Source of the DNA: Thermotogota bacterium
GTDB taxonomy: Bacteria > Thermotogota > Thermotogae > UBA12178
Direction of reading: 5' to 3'
Assembly: GCA_021161835.1 (NCBI GenBank)
Contig: JAGGZV010000097.1
Location: 4,646 to 68,645, forward strand
DNA length: 64,000 nucleotides
Shown: piece after piece, positions 60,334 through 64,000 of the stretch
How the letters are laid out: every line of letters starts with the position of its first letter
How positions within the stretch are numbered: the stretch's first letter is position 1
Translations under genes and position numbers: made by a program
The notes under the pieces: model-generated
Seen by the model: the letters and a program-made list of their open reading frames with translations, nothing else
Told to the model about the DNA's origin: nothing
Databases searched by the model: none

Positions 60334-60998
60334 AAGTGATGATATCCATCGATCCAGAAGTTGCTCTCACCGCAATGGATGTTATACATGAAATGAATTC
60401 GAATGGTGAAAAACTCGAGCTTGTAGGTGCGGGATTTGGATCGTTATTGGTAGCTATGATAGCAACCCATGGAAATCTTGCGAAAGCAAGGCGAATATTT
60501 CTCACAAACAGAAAAAAGATCCTTGAGTTCTTTCGATGGGATCTTGGACTGGAAAGTCTCCTCAAAACAATGATAGCTTCGCTGATGAAAAAAGTGTCGA
60601 TCGTTCCGTTCTCAAGATTGAAGGAAACGGTGGAAACGCTCCTGGGAGACGGAAGCCTCAAAGGTGTGGAAGTGATGGCCTTCGATCTGACGAGAAACAC
60701 CGAACTCCATTTGAAGCTTGGGGAACACGATATAAATATACTGTGTGGTTCTCTTGCACGTCCTCCTCTTTTCGAACCGGTACTTTTTGAGGAGAGATTA
60801 TTGTGTGATCTTTCTTATATGGTTGGTATACCTGAACCGGGTTCTTTCGATCTCCTCATATATGGTCTGAAGAAACCGGAGTTGAACAACAAAAATGCCA
60901 AAGCTCTGGATTTCATGGAACATGGAGACAGATTGCGAACTTTTGAGATATCCAGAAGACGGCTGGAAAAGTATCCAGAGGTGGTGAAGATAACGTGA
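60330..60998 (+). CDS. degenerate patatin-like protein (predicted inactive paralogue)
   Basis: By hand, LELVGAGFGSLLVAMIA aligns to IDIIAGSSIGAVIGAAYA of the upstream patatin, so the nucleophile Ser is replaced by Gly. The Gly-rich loop is replaced by SIDPEVA. ATGA overlap with the upstream gene. Confidence 0.5.
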   Translation: MKVMISIDPEVALTAMDVIHEMNSNGEKLELVGAGFGSLLVAMIATHGNLAKARRIFLTNRKKILEFFRWDLGLESLLKTMIASLMKKVSIVPFSRLKETVETLLGDGSLKGVEVMAFDLTRNTELHLKLGEHDINILCGSLARPPLFEPVLFEERLLCDLSYMVGIPEPGSFDLLIYGLKKPELNNKNAKALDFMEHGDRLRTFEISRRRLEKYPEVVKIT

Positions 60999-61339
60999 AC
61001 GAGAAAAAACATGAAAAAAAGATAAAGGAAATCATGCGTGGTGTGGTGGAGGGTGACAAGGATATCGTGGAAGCACTGGAAGAATTGAAGCTGGCAATGA
61101 GAAGTCCACATGGTGATTTCGTGATGGTTCGCATGAACGTGGGGAGATCGGAAAAAATGAGGATGTACGTACCCAGGGAATTCGAACCCTTTCTGAAAGG
61201 ATTGATCAAGAGGATCGTAGAAAATCTTGGATTCCAGATAGAGGACAAAGAAATGGATCATCTCATGACACTGGGCAAAGTGGAGATAAGAGGAGAGAAA
61301 AAATTGAAGATAACGATTGAACCCGTGCTGGAGGTGTAA
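60995..61339 (+). CDS. hypothetical protein
   Basis: 114-aa ORF coupled by a GTGA overlap to the previous gene. K/E-rich with no recognisable motif. Confidence 0.5.
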   Translation: MNEKKHEKKIKEIMRGVVEGDKDIVEALEELKLAMRSPHGDFVMVRMNVGRSEKMRMYVPREFEPFLKGLIKRIVENLGFQIEDKEMDHLMTLGKVEIRGEKKLKITIEPVLEV

Positions 61340-61349
61340 AAACGTCAAA

Positions 61350-62684
61350 ATGCAGTATAACGAGGCCCTCGAGTATCTGCACGAAAGATTGAGTTTCAAG
61401 AGTATAAGGCTTGGTCTGGAAAGGATACGTGAACTTCTCAGAAGGATGGATAATCCCCAGCAAAGTTACCACGTTGTACATGTGGGAGGCACGAATGGAA
61501 AAGGGTCTGTGTGTTCTTTTCTCTCTTTTTTACTTAGAGAACACGATCTCAGAGTCGGTACGTACATATCGCCACACCTATGGACACTCAAGGAAAGGTT
61601 CACTGTTAATGGTGAACAGGTGCATGAAAACCTCATAGCGGAAGTCCTGGAAGATATGATACCGCACATAGAGGATATGGGAGAAGTTGGCTCAGATACA
61701 AGACCGAGCTTTTTTGAGGTTACCACTGCCATGGCCTTCGAGATATTCAAACGTATGAAGGTGAAGATAGCGGTGGTAGAGGTTGGACTAGGTGGTAGAC
61801 TCGATGCGACGAACGTGGTCATTCCGGACGTTTCCATCATAACCAACGTATCCTACGACCACATGAACGTACTCGGTTCAACACTGGAAAAAATAGCCCG
61901 TGAAAAGGCAGGAATCATAAAAGATGGGAAACCCCTCGTGACCACAGAGGTGAAACCTCACGTTTTGAAGGTTCTGGAAAACAAGGTTCGGGAAAAAAAC
62001 GGCAGTATTTACAGGTTGAGAAAGGACTTCAGGTTCAAGAAAATATCGGTAAAATTGAACGAGAACGTCTTTGCTTACGAAGGGAAGAAATTGCAAATGA
62101 ACGGTGCGATACTGAGTATGAACGGCGTAAATCAGTTTGTGAACGCCAGTGCGGCTCTTGCGGCTCTGGAAATTCTCAGTGATACGAACATCCTGACACT
62201 CAAAAACGATGCGATACTGAGAGGTTTGAGAGAAGCACGCTGGCCCGGGAGATTCGAGATCATATATCATAAAGACAATATGGTGATTCTGGATGGAGCA
62301 CACAACCCCTCGGGGGCGCAGATATTGAAGACCAATCTGGAACATTACTTTCCAGGCAAAGAATTGACCATGGTGTTTGGTGTGGTGGAAAACAAGGATT
62401 ACAAGCGTATACTCTCCTTCCTGGCCGCCCATACCTCCCATATCATTATCACCAGACCAAAGGTGTACCGGGCCACCAACTATCGGGAAGTTTGCGAATA
62501 CGCCAGGCATCTGTTCGAGGAAAGATGCGAATGTCTGGAAGATCCCTTCGACGCTTTTGAAAGAGCTCTCGATGTTCGTGATGTTGAACCCATACTTGTC
62601 TGCGGCTCACTTTACCTGGTGGGCAACATCAGGCACTACATTCTAACAGGAGAAAGAAGGGTTGAATATGATAGGATCGCTTGA
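61350..62684 (+). CDS. folC: bifunctional folylpolyglutamate synthase / dihydrofolate synthase
   Basis: Mur-ligase P-loop VGGTNGKGSV, plus DATNV and DGAHNP. ATG 61350 gives the N-terminus MQYNEALEYL, typical of FolC. Confidence 0.9.
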   Translation: MQYNEALEYLHERLSFKSIRLGLERIRELLRRMDNPQQSYHVVHVGGTNGKGSVCSFLSFLLREHDLRVGTYISPHLWTLKERFTVNGEQVHENLIAEVLEDMIPHIEDMGEVGSDTRPSFFEVTTAMAFEIFKRMKVKIAVVEVGLGGRLDATNVVIPDVSIITNVSYDHMNVLGSTLEKIAREKAGIIKDGKPLVTTEVKPHVLKVLENKVREKNGSIYRLRKDFRFKKISVKLNENVFAYEGKKLQMNGAILSMNGVNQFVNASAALAALEILSDTNILTLKNDAILRGLREARWPGRFEIIYHKDNMVILDGAHNPSGAQILKTNLEHYFPGKELTMVFGVVENKDYKRILSFLAAHTSHIIITRPKVYRATNYREVCEYARHLFEERCECLEDPFDAFERALDVRDVEPILVCGSLYLVGNIRHYILTGERRVEYDRIA

Positions 62685-63267
62685 AGGAAGAATAGAACAT
62701 CTCGGGCCAGGATTGATACTGGTAGAAACCGGTGGAATAGGATTCATGGTAAAAGTGGATGTGGATACACAGAACAAATTGAAAAGAGGTGAAAAACATA
62801 AACTAAAGATTTCCACCATAATGTCCGATAAAAATATTGAGTTGTATGGATTCATAGACGAGAGCAAGCAAAGGACCTTCGAAACGCTGGTGAAAATACC
62901 AAAAATAGGTCCAAATTTGGCGTTGAATATCATCTCGCATCTTTCACCGGGTGAACTGATGGAAGTAGTCGCTTCAGAAGATGTTGAAACGATGCGGAGG
63001 ATACCGGGAATCGGCTTGAAGACAGCTGAAAGAATCATCTTTGAATTGAAGAGAAAGTGGAGAGATCTGGAGGATCTGGAAACTCTTGCACCTGTACAAA
63101 AGGAAGCGGTGGATGCACTCGTGGCACTTGGGTATACAAAACAGGATGCTATGCGAGCCGTACGCAAAGCTTTGCAATCGTCGAAAGTCTCGAAGGGAGA
63201 TGTTCAGCAACTGGTGAAGATCGCCCTGAGGGTGATCTTCGATGGTGGAGATGGACCTGATGATTGA
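62668..63267 (+). CDS. ruvA: Holliday junction DNA helicase subunit RuvA
   Basis: MIGSLEGRI N-terminus, an OB domain, and HhH motifs (LVKIPKIGPNLALNI, IPGIGLKTAERIIFEL). Confidence 0.92.
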   Translation: MIGSLEGRIEHLGPGLILVETGGIGFMVKVDVDTQNKLKRGEKHKLKISTIMSDKNIELYGFIDESKQRTFETLVKIPKIGPNLALNIISHLSPGELMEVVASEDVETMRRIPGIGLKTAERIIFELKRKWRDLEDLETLAPVQKEAVDALVALGYTKQDAMRAVRKALQSSKVSKGDVQQLVKIALRVIFDGGDGPDD

Positions 63268-63784
63268 TCCAGCGCGTTTCAATCCTTATCTGGATTACAA
63301 ATTGGATCCTGGTGAACCTGGGCTGGAAAATGCCACACCGGCCAGTCTGAGTGTTGCACGGGTTGCAGGACACGAGCTGGGGAACCTCATCCAGTTCAAG
63401 AGTGAAGCTGCCAGACGCGGAGGATACGTGATCTATTCGAATATCTCCATTTCTTTTGCCAGACGCGGTGGATTTCTTGCGGCCATTGGAGGCAAAACGG
63501 AAGCGGTGATAATATATCCCGGTAGAAGAAAGCTGGCCGGTACAGGTAACACAGGTATCGATTCCGGTGATCCCACCACCGATTCTCTCTTCAAAGCCGA
63601 AAGACTGAGGGAAATAGAGGACAGAATACGCGAGATAGAAAATCGTATACGCACTGCAAGATCCGAAATCGAGATCGAGGAACTCGAGACAGAGAAGAAG
63701 GTACTGGAGCTCGCAAAATTCGCGCTGATGTCAGGTATGAACCCCGAGTTCTTCAGCGGGCTCATGCTCGAGGCGCTGGTTTGA
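63242..63784 (+). CDS. hypothetical protein (coiled-coil C-terminus)
   Basis: 180-aa ORF overlapping the ruvA 3' end. The start is more likely ATG 63260. Contains VAGHELGN...GGYVIYSNISISFARRGGFLAAIGGKTEAVI, then REIEDRIREIENRIRTARSEIEIEELE. Confidence 0.5.
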   Translation: MVEMDLMIDPARFNPYLDYKLDPGEPGLENATPASLSVARVAGHELGNLIQFKSEAARRGGYVIYSNISISFARRGGFLAAIGGKTEAVIIYPGRRKLAGTGNTGIDSGDPTTDSLFKAERLREIEDRIREIENRIRTARSEIEIEELETEKKVLELAKFALMSGMNPEFFSGLMLEALV

Positions 63785-64000
63785 CCCTTCCATCCATATA
63801 ATTCTTCCGTATAAAGGTCCAGGTGTCACCCTTTCCACTTTGATGTCCAGGAATCTGCCCACTGGATTCTCTTTCGATTCGAAGATGACGATCTTGTTCC
63901 GTATTGTTCTCCCATAATACCGTCCATCCTTCATCCTATCCTCGCCGATGATCCTGACCACTTTTCCGAGATACCTTCCATTTATTTCCAGATTGATCCT
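63731..64000 (-). CDS. MiaB/RimO-family methylthiotransferase, C-terminal TRAM domain (partial; continues beyond the window)
   Basis: The frame stays open to position 64000. It reads RINLEINGRYLGKVVRIIGEDRMKDGRYYGRTIRNKIVIFES...GRFLDIKVERVTPGPLYGRI, a typical TRAM domain end. The ORF-track Met at 63961 is an internal Val codon. Confidence 0.75.
   Translation of the reverse strand, partial: RINLEINGRYLGKVVRIIGEDRMKDGRYYGRTIRNKIVIFESKENPVGRFLDIKVERVTPGPLYGRIIWMEGSNQRLEHEPAEELGVHT

Overview
This is a dense 64-kb chromosomal segment. Gene content, GGAGGTG-type ribosome-binding sites and protein sequences (enolase, arg enzymes, long MalG) point to a thermophilic Thermotogota genome (Thermotoga/Pseudothermotoga-like); this taxonomic call is inference from memory, with no database search. 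Most of the window is housekeeping, arranged in tightly coupled operons. In order: rpmH-rnpA-yidD-yidC-jag (rpmH is absent from the ORF track and was found by hand); enolase; a malEFG maltose ABC transporter; cysE-cysK; a long operon running from a PLP racemase through metal ABC-3 importer genes and an asymmetric heterodimeric ABC exporter to rex; a Ca2+/Na+ antiporter; tRNA-Asp; an 801-aa chemoreceptor; a SIS-domain gene followed by three pilin-like genes; argGHCJBD followed directly by citrate synthase, a LeuCD-type aconitase and isocitrate dehydrogenase; a mixed minus-strand block (mrnC, radical-SAM genes, mtaD, prmC, mazG); an FMN-riboswitch-controlled ribD-ribE-ribBA-ribH operon; then yaaR-holB-ricT-nfi, an amidohydrolase, a patatin pair, folC, ruvA and the 3' end of a MiaB-type gene. 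I saw no CRISPR array, transposase, integrase or rRNA. The candidates most worth follow-up are: (1) the compact pilin-like module at 23985-26709, which has a leaderless pilin-like protein, a 606-aa pilin-anchored repeat protein and a canonical prepilin, behind a promoter embedded in a 43-bp palindrome; (2) a ~570-residue helical periplasmic insertion in MalG; (3) an orphan AAA-ATPase/PD-(D/E)xK gene beside a mosaic secreted protein; (4) a Cys-Cys mini-ORF in the cysE leader; (5) an active plus catalytically dead patatin pair. None of these can be called a new system from sequence reading alone.
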